The translations under genes were made by a program, and so were the position numbers. A stretch of DNA of 64,000 nucleotides from the human T2T-CHM13v2.0 reference genome, Homo sapiens. The DNA lies in NCBI RefSeq assembly GCF_009914755.1, contig NC_060930.1, one strand, 5' to 3'. A model generated the notes under the pieces. That model was not told where the DNA came from. It saw only the letters and a list, made by a program, of their open reading frames with translations, and did not search any database. Shown piece after piece: positions 39,375 through 54,388 of the stretch (position 1 is its first letter; every line of letters begins with the position of its first letter).

Positions 39375-40507
39375 CAGGGGGCCACAGAATCTCCCGTGTG
39401 CTCTGAGACCGCTGACGTGCTATGGCCTCAGGGGGCCACGGAATCTCCCGTGTGCTCTGAGACCACTGACGTGCTCTGGCCTCAGGGGGCCACGGAATCT
39501 CCCGTGTGCTCTGAGACCACTGACGTGCTCTGGCCTCAGGGGGCCCACGGAATCTCCCGTGTGCTCTGAGACCACTGACGTGCTATGGCCTCAGGGTGCC
39601 ACGGAATCTCCCGTGTGCTCTGAGACCACTGACGTGCTACGGCCTCAGGGGGCCCGGAATCTCCCATGTGCTCTGAGACCACTGATGTGCTATGGCCTCA
39701 GGGTGCCACGGAATCTCCCGTGTGCTCTGAGACCACTGACGTGCTATGGCCTCGGGGGCCCACAGAATCTCCCGTGTGCTCTGAGACCACTGACGTGCAT
39801 GGCCTCACGGTGACACGGAATCTCCCGTGTGCTCTGAGACCACTGACGTGCTATGGCCTCAGGGGGCCATGGAATCTCCCGTGTGCTCTGAGACCACTGA
39901 CGTGCTACGGCCTCAGGGGGCCCGGAATCTCCCATGTGCTCTGAGACCACTGATGTGCTATGGCCTCAGGGTGCCACGGAATCTCCTGTGTGCTCTGAGA
40001 CCACTGACGTGCTATGGCCTCGGGGGCCCACAGAATCTCCCGTGTGCTCTGAGACCACTGACGTGCATGGCCTCACGGTGACACGGAATCTCCCGTGTGC
40101 TCTGAGACCACTGACGTGCTATGGCCTCAGGGGGCCATGGAATCTCCCGTGTGCTCTGAGACCACTGACGTGCTACGGCCTCAGGGGGCCCGGAATCTCC
40201 CATGTGCTCTGAGACCACTGACGTGCTATGGCCTCAGGGTGCCACGGAATCTCCCGTGTGCTCTGAGACCACTGACGTGCTACAGCCTCAGGGGGCCCAG
40301 AATCTCCCATGTGCTCTGAGACCACTGACGTGCTATGGCCTCAGGGTGCCACGGAATCTCCCGTGTGCTCTGAGACCACTGACGTGCTATGGCCTCGGGG
40401 GCCCACAGAATCTCCCGTGTGCTCTGAGACCACTGACGTGCTATGGCCTAAGGGTGCCACGGAATCTCCCGTGTGCTCTGAGACCACTGACGTGCTATGG
40501 CCTCAGG
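39375..40507. repeat. 53-55-bp VNTR, 21 copies, with a 268-bp higher-order repeat
   Basis: Unit GGAATCTCCCGTGTGCTCTGAGACCACTGACGTGCTATGGCCTCAGGGGGCCAC; a rare variant recurs at 39791 and 40059. Confidence 0.98.
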
Positions 40508-41512
40508 CATGGTTCTGGCTCGGTCAGCCTGGGGGCTCTGGTAATGTACACTCTAAAAAGGCATCAGGATTGATTCTAATCTGTGGCCATGTTGAGAACT
40601 GTTGTATAGATAAAAAAGCAGAAGCCAAGGTATTTGTTTAAACATGTTTTGTGACATATTTGGGGGATGTAACCCTTGGAAAATGGCAGTCACCCTGGGA
40701 TTCCTGGACTGGTAGCTGTGGGAACTCCCACGTGCCAAAAGTGCAGCCCCAGACTCTCCAGGTAAAATCAAGGTTCTGCTGACTGTTCCCCAGGTAACAT
40801 GCAATGCACTTTGTTTCCTGACTGACTGTGGGTGTTAGTTCACTGCAATATAACAAGCACATATTAAGAATGTTTATGCCAGGCCCTCTGGGAAATACCA
40901 TATTTATGTGCACGTATGTACAAATCCTCGTGCCTGCGTTCAGGAAGGAGAGGGGAGAGGGGTCTCCCCAGGCAGGCAGCCAGAGGACAATGCGGCACAG
41001 GACGGTGCACCAGCTTCTGTGCTCTAAGCAGGGGATTCTCTCTCTCTCTGCACTGGAAGATAAGATAAACGCATTGCTTTTAAAATGAGCCACCCTCACG
41101 TCCTCTTCATGCCTCCGTGGTGTAAGCACTTCTAACCAGCTGTGCTTTTCTCAAGCCAAGAACTGAGACGCAGTTTCAGGACCAGACCTTTTCACTGGGG
41201 CCTAGAATGTCAGCTCCCACAGCCACTTAAGGAAACAGAAGTATGTGCAACAATTTTACTCTGAAGGTAAATGAAATTCGTGACAAGCAGGGGCACATGG
41301 AAAGTTCTATGAGGATTAGTTCAATCCCATTGGAGAATCCAGAAAGATTTCATGGATGAGGGAGGATTTGTACTGGATTTTGTTTGAGAAAAAAAGACTG
41401 CCTAGCCAAGTTACATAGAAGGTACTTGGTAAATGCTAAATGGAATATCAATAAACAAGTAAGTACTGAACCAGATCGTGGCTTTGATGTGTAAGCTCAA
41501 GATAGAGTCAAC

Positions 41513-41670
41513 AGTACATGTGCATGAGTGTGCATGCCCGTGTGCACGTGTAAATGAGAGCATGATCTGAACACATGTGTGCTGGAGGGTGTGCACGTAT
41601 GCGTGCATGTGTGTGTGCAGATGAGTGTGCCCGTGTACAAATATGTGTGCATGCCTGTGTGTGTGCATGT
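41513..41670. repeat. Degenerate (TG/CA) alternating purine-pyrimidine tract
   Basis: TGTGCATG/TGTGCACG motifs read directly. Confidence 0.8.
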
Positions 41671-42139
41671 TCTTCTGCACAGGTGACCTGCCCTCCCTCC
41701 TTTGTTGCTGCCCATAGTTCCAGGGAGTTTCTGCCTCAATCCCTCTCTCAGTATGGTAAGCGGAACCCTGCCTTCTTCTTGGTAGCCCACTATGCCAGAT
41801 TTAACTGTTTTATGATTAAATATCCTCCATGCAACATTAGGAAAGTCAGGAGTCCTAAATAAGTCACGTGGTTTGGCACTTTAACAGCTGTGATCTCATA
41901 TGCGCTTCACAGTAACCCTATGCAATGGAGATCAGTCAATTAACAATTGAGTTCAGCTGCCTGTCACTGAAAAGCTAAGGAACTGGATGAAACCAGATGT
42001 CAGGGTTTGCGTTCTCTCACAGAACGTGAAGTCCAAAGGAAGGCATTTTGGAGCTGGTCACCAGGGAGCCAGCTGGGGTCCACCTTGTTTAGGGTCTAGA
42101 TGGGTGGTGTGCTGGCACATCGTAGTGAAAAATAGTGCT

Positions 42140-42285
42140 GCTTTCATTTTACAGATGAAAAACTCAGGCTTCCAGAGGCCAGGTTATTTTGCCCCAAATC
42201 ACACAGTGAAGAAGAGCTGGGTCTGGAATTCTAAGCCAGACTCTACACTCAAATCTGTTTGACCCAAAGTCTGTGCACTTTCACA
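42140..42285 (-). mobile_element. MIR SINE fragment
   Basis: Core CATTTTACAGATGAAAAACTCAGGCT..TTGCCCCAAATCACACAG. Confidence 0.75.
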
Positions 42286-42852
42286 GACCATAGGTAGACA
42301 AGCGTGTGTACTCACGTGGAGGAGGTGGGCTCAGAAGAATCGATGGCCACGGAGACCATGTTCATGCGTGGGCCAGGAGGAATCTGGAGAGGCTGGAGCC
42401 TTAGACTCACTTTTAGTCTCGCTGTTTGACTGGAATAAGCTGTCCTGTTCCTAATCTCTGCAAGCAGACTGTTCTGGTGTCCCCAAGATCACTCCCTTTG
42501 CTGTTTCAAGACAGGCAAGGGCTGGGTCTAGGGGTCCTGGCAGGTAGGGCTTTTCCGGTCTCCTGAGGTGCCACCAGCTACTGTCTGCTGAGGCTGCTCA
42601 GATATTTTCATTCTAATCCTTGATAGCAGGCATAGCTCTGCCGTTTATAACCATCCCATCCACCTGACATAGGTTCTTGCCGGGGGCGTTTGAATTGGTG
42701 CCTCTCGGTCTGATCCAACAGCCCACTGCGATGCCCTGGCCAAGTGGCAGCCCTGAAATGGTCCCATTGATAGGAAGGGTCCAGTACCGTCTGTGATGCT
42801 GTGAAAAGCATAGTGTTTCTCCTCGTTTCCCAGCATTCCTGGAAATATATGA

Positions 42853-43211
<359 letters not shown>

Positions 43212-44161
43212 AAAATCAATTTTAAAAATCCTACAAAACACACACTGTAAATGCCGAGATGTATCTGTATGTAGACCCTGAAGGTTGCACTGCGACCACT
43301 TCTGCAAAGCTGCTCACTCCACCTGCCTGCCTCACCTACTTCCTGCAGGGCTGTGCCTGCTCCTCAATTCACATGTCCAGTTTTTCTGGGACTCTATTGA
43401 ATGCCCTAATTCCCATCCTTTCCTAGAGCCCTGTCTTTCTAAGCTATATGGCTCCTTCTTTTTCAGGCCTTGGAGAAGGTTGAACAGATGTCACTGAAGT
43501 CACATCCCTCCTTCCTTCACTGACAGTTCCCTCCGTGGCTGACACTTAGTGCTGGGTGTCTCCTCCCACTGCCAGGAGGTACAAGCTGCCTGCAGGCTTC
43601 CACCAGAGGCAGCTGCTGACAGACAGATGCTCACACTGCCAAGGGCAGAGATGCTGCTCCTCTGCCAGCTGCCCCATCTTGTCTCTCTGCCTGCCCAGGC
43701 TCTGGTGCTCACAGTTGAACTTGACAGGTTCTTTTCCAGGCTCCTCATAAGACTTTTTCCATCCAATATTCAGGCCCCCTTTCCTCCAGGAGCAACCACA
43801 GGACCCGGCCACGAGCTCAGCTCTGTTTCTGCACCTGGCAGAATGCCTGACGTACAGCAGTTGCTTGGGAAACAAAGTTTAGCTGGTGAGTGAACAAAAA
43901 GGTGCTGCAAGGCAGTGACCCTCCTGGATCTCTACACAGCTGCCTGAAACAAAACCCTGCATGCACCCTGCAAGAGAATTCTGAAAACCTGGAGCCCACC
44001 ACACACACACAGAAATAAAACTCCTCTGCTTGTGCCCCTAAGAGAATTCTTAAAACTAGGAAGCACCCCCATTTTGAAATAAAACTCTGCTTCACTCCCT
44101 AAGAGAATTCTTATAACTGGGAACCTAGGAACCCCCTCCTAGGTGGGTTCCTAGCGTAGCA

Positions 44162-44306
44162 TGTGGCTGAATTCTACACTGTAAATGTGCTGAGTGCGGC
44201 CGAATTCTACACTGTAAATGTGCTGAGTGCGGCCGAATTCTACACTGTAAATGTGCTGAGTGTGGCCGAATTCTACACTATAAATGTGTTACATGTGTCT
44301 GAATTT
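44162..44306. repeat. 33-bp minisatellite, ~4 copies, derived from an L1 3' end
   Basis: Unit GAATTCTACACTGTAAATGTGCTGAGTGCGGCC; runs into an L1MB-like tail ending ACCTCAATAAAAAA at ~44359. Confidence 0.93.
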
Positions 44307-44590
44307 TATCCTTTGAAATGGTTAATGTTATGTTTCTTTAATTTCACCTCAATAAAAAATTCATTTAAAAAAATATATTGTGACCGTAAGCCACTAATTT
44401 TGTGTTTTTTAAATTTTTGCCATGGATCCCTTTGGTGATCTGGTGAAACCCATAGACCTCTTCTCAGAATAATGTCCTTAAATGCAGAAAGTAAAATACA
44501 CAAGATCAAAAAGGAAAACAAGTGTACCAAAATACACCCATCAAATGAGCTTAATCATGGTACAGTCACACATGTGCCTCTTTAACACAT

Positions 44591-45653
44591 CGTGCTGGTA
44601 TGATAGATACCGGTTTTCGTACAAGGCTCCTGGCTCATAACTCCCACGCCTCTTGTTACAGTCTTTTGTTATAACCTTGGCTGTGTTAGGTCTCAGGGGC
44701 AGCCTCTGACCTCTTGCCCCCTTTCAGATTAGAGTTCTGTCCCAAGGGAGGATTCTAATCTTCCCTGCCTTTCTGGTTGTGGGTCTAAGACCCTCCCATG
44801 AAGCAAGACCCCCTATAGCCTGTGGGAAGTCATGCTGATGTCTTGAAGCTTCCATAAAAACCCTAGAGGACTGGGATCCGGGAGCTTCCAGAGAGCTGAA
44901 CATTTGGAGGTTCCTGGAGGGTGACACCCAGGAAGGGCATAGAAGCTCTGTGTCCCTTCCCTACACCTTGACCTACCTTAGAAGCTCTGTGTCCCTTCCC
45001 TACACCTTGACCTACCTTAGAAGCTCTGTGTCCCTTCCCTACACCTTGACCTACCTTAGAAGCTCTGTGTCCCTTCCCTACACCTTGACCTACCTTAGAA
45101 GCTCTGTGTCCCTTCCCTACACCTTGACCTACCTTAGAAGCTCTGTGTCCCTTCCCTGTACCTTGACCTACCTTAGAAGCTCTGTGTCCCTTCCCTGTAC
45201 CTTGACCTACCTTAGAAGCTCTGTGTCCTTTCCCCTATATCTTGACCTACCTGTCTCTTCATCTGTATCCTTTGCAATAGCAATATCCTTTACAATAAAT
45301 CAGTTAACGTGTTTCTCTGAGTTCTATGAGCTCCTCCAGCAAATTAATCGAACCCAAAGAGGGAGCCATGGGAAGCCCAACTTGAAGGCAGCCTGTTGGA
45401 AGTTCCAGAAGCCTGGGCCTGTGACTGGTGCAGGGGGCCGGCAGTCTTGGGGACTGAGCCCTCAACCTGTGATATCTGATGCTAACTCTGGGAAGATGGT
45501 GTCAGAACACCAGAGCACACTCAGCTGGCATCAGCTGCTAGGTGTGTGGGGAAAACCCCACACATTTGGCCACAGAAGGCTTCTGTGCTGATGACTGCTG
45601 TGGTGTGAGAGCAGAGGAGAAACACGGTTTGAGGAGAGTTTTTCCCACACACA
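44591..45653 (+). mobile_element. MER21A-like solo LTR
   Basis: CCTGGCTCATAACTCCCA..TTGTTACAGTCTTTTGTTATAA; AATAAA at 45294; terminal ..ACA; 5-bp TSD CACAT (44586-44590 and 45654-45658). Confidence 0.85.
44940..45252. repeat. 39-bp VNTR, 8 copies, inside the MER21 LTR
   Basis: Unit TAGAAGCTCTGTGTCCCTTCCCTACACCTTGACCTACCT. Confidence 0.97.
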
Positions 45654-46328
45654 CACATTAACAAGGTCTAGTTTGTTAATCCTAGTAACAATATGTAAGT
45701 CCAGTAACTATTGCAACTTTGAAGCAATGCTAAGCAGAAACGATGTTTCAAGTTATCTGCAACAATTATAATGTGATAGAAACTATCTCTGATTTCTCTT
45801 GGTGACAAAGTCACAGACACTTTAAGACCGCTACCATTTATTGCTTGCATGTATAATGGAAGGAAATGCTAACTTTCACTTAGAGGTTAGTGGGAAAAAA
45901 TGTAATTTTTTCATTCAAGTTCATGAACACACTAAATTAAGAATCTGACCCTATTCTAAACATAAGAAATTTATTCTGAATTGCACGATCATTACATCAG
46001 TACTAACTTGTTAGTAATATATACTTGAACAAAAGAGCATATGTGTGCTATACAATTTGACAAATAAATAACATTCCAAGTAAATTTATGTTAAAATGTA
46101 TGTCTTGATGAGATGGACGAGGTTGGGAGTTTTTTCCAATGAGTTTTTCTGTGGGTGGCTAATACCTATTACTGGAATGATAGAGAGTCCAGCATCAATT
46201 ATTTTCCTAGTGTTTATTTGTAGGGCTATAAGCATGGAGGAAACTTTGTCCACATACAGAGTTTCATTGAGCAACAGGACTCAATTGTTTGAACTCCTCC
46301 AGAGTTATATGTCAAAAATCACATGGTA

Positions 46329-46624
46329 GGCCGGGCACGGTGGCTCATGCCTGTAATCCCAGCACATTGGGAGGCCAAGGTGGGCAGATTGCTTAAGCCC
46401 AGGAGTTCAAGAATAGCCTGGACAACATGGCAAAACCCCATTTCTACAAAAAATACAAAAATTAGCTGGGTGTGGTGGTGAGCACCTGTAGTCCCAGCTA
46501 CTCAGGAGGCTGAGGTGGGAAGACTGCCCAAGCCCAGGAAGCAGAAGTTGCAGTGAGCTGAGAGTGCACCACTGGAATCCAGCCTGGATGATAGAACGAG
46601 GCTCTATCGCAACAACAACAACAA
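46329..46624 (+). mobile_element. Alu, AluJ-like
   Basis: J-type TTGCTTAAGCCCAGGAG; (CAA)n tail; TSD AAAAATCACATGG on both sides. Confidence 0.95.
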
Positions 46625-48879
46625 AAAAATCACATGGACATGGTAGTATCTCATCAAGATTTATGTGTAATGCTCTATCAGTTGACAATTCAATTTGAAC
46701 CTCCTCCAATTCTGATAAGAGAATTGGAAGCCAACTTTCTTGGGAAAAGTTTGTTTTTAGTTATTAAATACCACAAGACTTAGCAAATGTCCCTTTATTC
46801 TACCTGTTCCTCTTTCGCTTTACGATGCTGAGTGTCCCTGTGGTCTTGTGGTGTGTGACGCAGAGCTCAGGCCTCTGTTCTGTTGGCATAGACTGTAGAA
46901 GAGGCAGCATGGGCTTGGAGCCGGCACTCACGGGGGCTGGTTCCTGATCCCTGGATTTCTTTCTTGTTTTTTTTTTTTTTTATTGTTACAATTTTGGATT
47001 TTATTGTGATCAAGATATCAACTCATTGGGCAGTTTTTAATATACAATACTCGCATTTACATTTTAAAAGTGTAAAATTTCTGACTTCCGTATTAAGGAT
47101 GAGTTTTAACAGGGCTAGTGCAGAGGCAAGCAGGTCAGTCAGAAGGTTATGGCAGTAATTCAGGCAGATGAGGAGGACTGACAAATGCTAATGGAGGAGG
47201 TAATGAGCACTGGTTAGGTCATAGTTGTTCTTCAAGTTCTCTGACTGTTAGTTTTCAGAATTAGGGTTAATTAATCTATTTGTTTATTTATTTTCGTGAG
47301 GCAGGAGAGTTTCAAAAATTTAGGCTTTAATTTCTCTTGAAAAATTAGAAACTTTGGAAACGAATTCTGTGTCTAACTGACCTCATGGAAACAATTCAAT
47401 ATAGCTGACTCCATTATGTGAATTCTGACTGCAGCAAAAGCATCAGCTCTCTTACCAGGCCGGGTCTGTGGAGGTGCTACTGGGTCATTTCAGGAAGTTC
47501 AGCCTAGATCCTGCTCCTTCATCCATTTCGATGATTCTGGATTCTCCTAATCCCCGTATGACATTCCTGGCTGCTTAAACTAGCTGTAGTAGATGTACAT
47601 ATCTGCAAATAAACCCTGATCAATTTTAAAAAATGTCTATAGCCTGGGTTAGATGACAAGACCCCATCTCTTAAAAACAAAAGATTCCTGTATATGCCTT
47701 GAACTGGGCCCTGACTGTGTCTTTCCAGTGGCGAGTCTTACACCAAGACTATGAATATGGTCTCTGTCATCAGGTGCTATTGATTAACAAATCATTCTCT
47801 CAGGGCCTCTTTTTTCTTACCTATAAAATGATAGGTGGTAGAATGAGTTATTGTTCAGTGAACACTCACTCCGAATCTCCCCTCCATAGGAGGGTCACGT
47901 GTCCACTCCTCAGGGGTGTTGGGTGGACACAGGATTGCTTGGGCCAGTGGGGCCTGGGCAGGAGGGAAAGTGAACCGTGTCTGCACCCAGCTGAAGGACA
48001 GCAGCATTTCTGCTCCGAGCTGCCCCACTCCCACCCCATGAGAAGAACCTGCCCGGGCTCCAGGCTCCAGATGAGACACATGGAATAGCCCAGGATTCTG
48101 CCATAAGACCCTGAGTGAGAAATGATGCATGTATATCACCAAGCACTGGGGTGATTTGGGCATTATCGTCGCAAAAGCTGGCAAAACCTCCAAGCGTAAT
48201 TTTGAGAATAAAATGAGAAAATGCACAGGATATGCTGACCTGTGTTCTACCTACCAGAGTAAGCATCAAACATTGTTTCTGAAAACTTTCTACTGATTTC
48301 TGAAAGCTGACTGTTGGTAATTCCTTTTCTTCCAGGTTCTTCTTTCATCTTCTTTCATCCTTTATCAATCACAAAATTGTGGCTGAGGTATCTGGTTACA
48401 GCAGCTGTGTGGAACTCTGAGTGTTTCCCCTCATCTCGCTCTTCCTCTGCCCTGACGATCCAGCACCCCACACAACACCTGGCAAAGAGGCAAACAAATG
48501 GCTTGGGCAGCTCTTCCGGACACCAAAAGGAGGGGAGAGTCCAGGACCCAAGGGGAGCCCCAGTGGACCCTCTTCAGGCTTCATCTCCTGGTCCCACATG
48601 TAGTGTTCTGTTGGCAGTTGAGGCAGAATTGGGCACTCCCAGGAAGGTGCATGTTTTCAACAGAATTCTCAGAAAACTAATGATACACAGTCATCTAAAC
48701 ATCAGTTGCATGAACAGGGGTCAGAGGACCATTCCACAATCAAGGATGAAAAGAGCAGCAAGGGCCTAGCCACACTCACGAAATGAGCAAAACTTGTCAG
48801 GGTGTTCCTACCACCCAGATCATCACAGATAAGACTGTTTCTCCATCAGGACGAACAGAAATGAGACCCTTACCCCACC

Positions 48880-49217
48880 AGGAGGAACAGGGGTGAGGCC
48901 CTTCACAGCGTCGGGATGAACAGGGGTGAGGCCCTTCACAGCGTCGGGAGGAACAGGGGTGAGGCCCTTCACAGCGTCGGGAGGAACAGGGGTGAGGCCC
49001 TTCACAGCGTCGGGAGGAACAGGGGTGAGGCCCTTCACAGCGTCGGGAGGAACAGGGGTGAGGCCCTTCACAGCGTCGGGAGGAACAGGGGTGAGGCCCT
49101 TCACAGCGTCGGGAGGAACAGGGGTGAGGCCCTTCACAGCGTCGGGATGAACAGGGGTGAGGCCCTTCACAGTGTCGAGATGAACAGGGGTGAGGCCCTT
49201 CACAGTATTGGGATGAC
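48880..49217. repeat. 33-bp VNTR, 10 copies
   Basis: Unit AACAGGGGTGAGGCCCTTCACAGCGTCGGGAGG. Confidence 0.98.
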
Positions 49218-50559
49218 TGGAGCTGTACAGACTTCCCCAGCGGTTCTCAGAGCCTTCCCATCATCACTTAGCTGGTGCTGCCAGGGCCATCCACTAATCA
49301 TGGACCTATCGAGGTCTAAACTGACACAGTCTTAGACCCCTCAGGTGTCTCCTCAGCTTGAGACATAAAAACCAAGTCCAGGTGGTTCAGGCCTCCCAGG
49401 AGCATCCTGACCTGCCTGTCATTGCTGCAGGCTCTCTGTGGCTGGTTGCTCTCCACCCATGAGGCTTTCCTCCTTTGTCTAATTTTATGCCTTTTGGATC
49501 ACTGAACTATTCATAGTCTTACAGTAAAAATCTCTCTAAATTATCCTGAGTAATTTTATGTACTCACAAACCAAAGAATAGATTTGAGCACTCTCCCAAT
49601 TATTCGCCCATCCTTAGGCCATGGAACATGGTAGGTTTGGGGAGGTGTTGGTTTCTTCATGCTTTCTATGTGCGATATCTTCCAGTTAATCCACTCTGCC
49701 TCCACACTGCTCTTCTGGGCCTGCCTCTTCACTTGGGTGGGATTTTATGGCATGCCATGGCAAACCTGAGGACAGAATTCGGCCTTGTCTTGTCCTGACA
49801 GCTCAGGGGCTGTGCAGGTCCTTGTTGGCTTCCTGCAGGCCCTGCCTCTGGTGGCCGTCTGACCTGGGCCGACATTGGGGACCTTGATAATGTTGGTGCA
49901 AAACTGTCTAGAGTCACTTCCAACGCAGATCTGGAATCTTCCTTCAACAGCCCTTTCCTACTTTCCTCAGTGGGGACGCAAGCAGCCTCTAAAATTAGAC
50001 CAGTCTCTTTTTGGGAATTTGGAAGATTAGAGAAGAAACTGGGGAAACTAAACCTTGGACTGGATTTGAGAACCAGAGGGTCATATTTTTCACCATATCC
50101 TTTTAAGGTTGAGGAAAAGAGCTTACGTATCACAGGCCTCCTCCTGTGAAGGCCCTGGGCTCGGATGGGTAAGCTAATACCTGGGACTGTGTGTGTCCCA
50201 GGTGAACATAGTCACCATATACCCTGGAGCCATGGAAAACAGTCCTGTCCCCCACTACCTCCCTGTGAAAAAGAAGAAATCCAACAATAAAACCAATGAG
50301 AGTATTTGCAGCTGGATCAACAGCTTGTTTCCTAGTGAAAAAGTCTCAAGGCAACGCAGCAGAAAGAACTGGAGGGAAGAGGGCAGGCCCTAGCCTTGAG
50401 TCAGAGAGAGAGGAGGACAGGGAGAAACAACTGAAATGTTAGATACTGACGGTTTCCCCAAAGCCTCCTAGAGGGCAGCAGTGACAGAAACTGCATTCCA
50501 GCTGAAGGGGATCCCAGAACAGGACGGTCAGCCAGGCCCCTGCTCTTTCTGGCAGAGTC

Positions 50560-51480
50560 TCTGCATAGGGACATTGGGCTCACAGAATGGGCTCCTAACC
50601 TGAGACAACCCCACCAGGCCCTTCTGGCTCTAAGCAATCGCCTTCACTGACTTCTGCTTCAAAACCATTCATGCTCTGAAACTGAAAAGAGAGCCACTTA
50701 TTCTGGAAGACCTCCAGAACAACTTGGAAAAGGTTCAGAGCCCAGGGCCTCTGAGTACCTTGGCGGCTAGCCAGGACTTGGTTCACCCACTTCTAAAACG
50801 GCAGGAACACAGTGGCAGGGAGCCACACAGACTCAGTTTCCCTGTTGTGTACCAAGCATGGATCTCCTCCCACCCCAGCAGCTACAAGCATCTGGCTGTT
50901 GAATAATGGAATGGCTTAACTTAGTTACACCCCAAATATCTGAATGCTCCCCTAACAGGATATCGTATGAACTTCGATCCAGCAAAGGTTCCTCCTATAG
51001 CCAGAGCCCAAGAATCAAAGGAGAGACGTGAAAGTGGTCTCTCTTGCTGCAGTGTCTGATAACCCATGTGAGGACCTTTGCTGTGTGTCCCCTTAACTTT
51101 AGGCTGATTTAGAGGTTTTGGTTCTCAAAAGAAGACAGAATTGTTCTGATGAATTGAAGTTGAAACTGCCACCTGGTCATTTCACGCTCCTCATGCTACT
51201 GAATCAACAGACAAAGAAAGGGGTTACTGTGTGCCCTGGGATAATTGATCCCAGTTACCCGGGGGAAATTGCTTTGCTGCTATGGAAGGAGAGAAGAGAG
51301 ACTATGTCTGGAATTCAGGGATATTTCCAGATCCAAGTAAAGATGAATGGAAAATTAAGCAATGTACCAAAGGTACAATCACAAAGGATTCAGACCCTTC
51401 AGAAATGAAGGCTTGGATTACCTCACAATGTGAAAAAACTCCATCAAGCTGAGGTAACAGATAAGGGCGAATGGAATCCA
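50560..51480 (+). mobile_element. Decayed ERV-L internal fragment (pol remnants and dUTPase)
   Basis: ORF 51118-51408 contains LKLPPGHF..QQTKKGVTVCPGIIDPSYPGEIALLL, like ERV-L dUTPase (motif 3, G-V/I-I-D-x-D-Y). Left boundary uncertain. Confidence 0.85.
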
Positions 51481-51499
51481 GGGGGGAAGAAAAGTAGGA

Positions 51500-53664
<2,165 letters not shown>

Positions 53665-53684
53665 TCAGTGGGCTGTAGAAAAAG

Positions 53685-54055
53685 TCTCAGATCTGATGAA
53701 AACTATAGGCCATAGATTCAAAAAACTCAACACAACTCAAGCACAAGAAACAAAAAAAATAAACCATGGTACATTATAAATTACTTAAAACCAATGATTA
53801 AAAAGAAAACACAAAAAACAGTCAAGAAACACACATAATGTGCAAAGGAACAGATTAGAATGGCAGCCAACTCCTCGTCAGAAATAATGCAAGACAGAAG
53901 GCAGTGGATCCACATTTTTCAAGTACCAACAGAACAACGCTGTCAACCTAGAATTCCATGCCTAGCAAAAATATCTTTCAAAAAACAAAGTAAAGACATT
54001 TTTAAACATATGGAGGTTGAAGGAACTTATCACCAGCAGACCTGCTCTACAAAAT
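53685..54055 (+). mobile_element. Old L1 ORF1 C-terminal fragment
   Basis: Translation [41 protein letters not shown] resembles L1 ORF1p (ADFSSETMEARRQW..CQPRILYPAKLSF). Confidence 0.85.
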
Positions 54056-54076
54056 TTCTGTATACCTTTATATATA

Positions 54077-54388
54077 TTTTTTTCTTTTCTTTTTTTTTCT
54101 TTTTGGCATGGTCTCGCTCTGTCACCCAGGCTGGAGTGCAGTGGTGCAATCTTGGCTCACTGCAACTTCCACCTCTCGGGAAGAATCAAGAGATTCTCCT
54201 GCCTCAGCCTCCAGAGTAGGTGGGATTACAGGCATGTGCCACCATGCCCAGCTAGTTTTTCCACTTTTAGTAGAGGCAGGGTTTCACCATGTTGGCCAGG
54301 CTAGTCTCAAACTCCTGACCTCAAGTGATCCATCTGCCTCGCCCTCCCAAAATGCTGGGATTACAGGCATGAGCCACCATGCCTGGCC
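54077..54388 (-). mobile_element. Alu (AluS)
   Basis: T tail, then an antisense dimer ending GCCTGGCC. Confidence 0.95.

Larger units (their letters stand above)
44405..45945 (+). mobile_element. MER119-like hAT-Charlie fossil, split by an LTR (parts ~44405-44590 and ~45654-45945)
   Basis: GCCATGGATCCCTTTGG..TCTGGTGAA..CTTCTCAGAATAATG on the left; ATCTGCAACAA..GGTGACAAAGTCACAG..GAAGGAAATGCTAA on the right. Confidence 0.75.

Noticed and set aside
44950-49335. Repeat ORFs at 44950-45591 and 48823-49335
   Set aside because: Arise from 39-bp and 33-bp VNTR units; the first lies inside an LTR.
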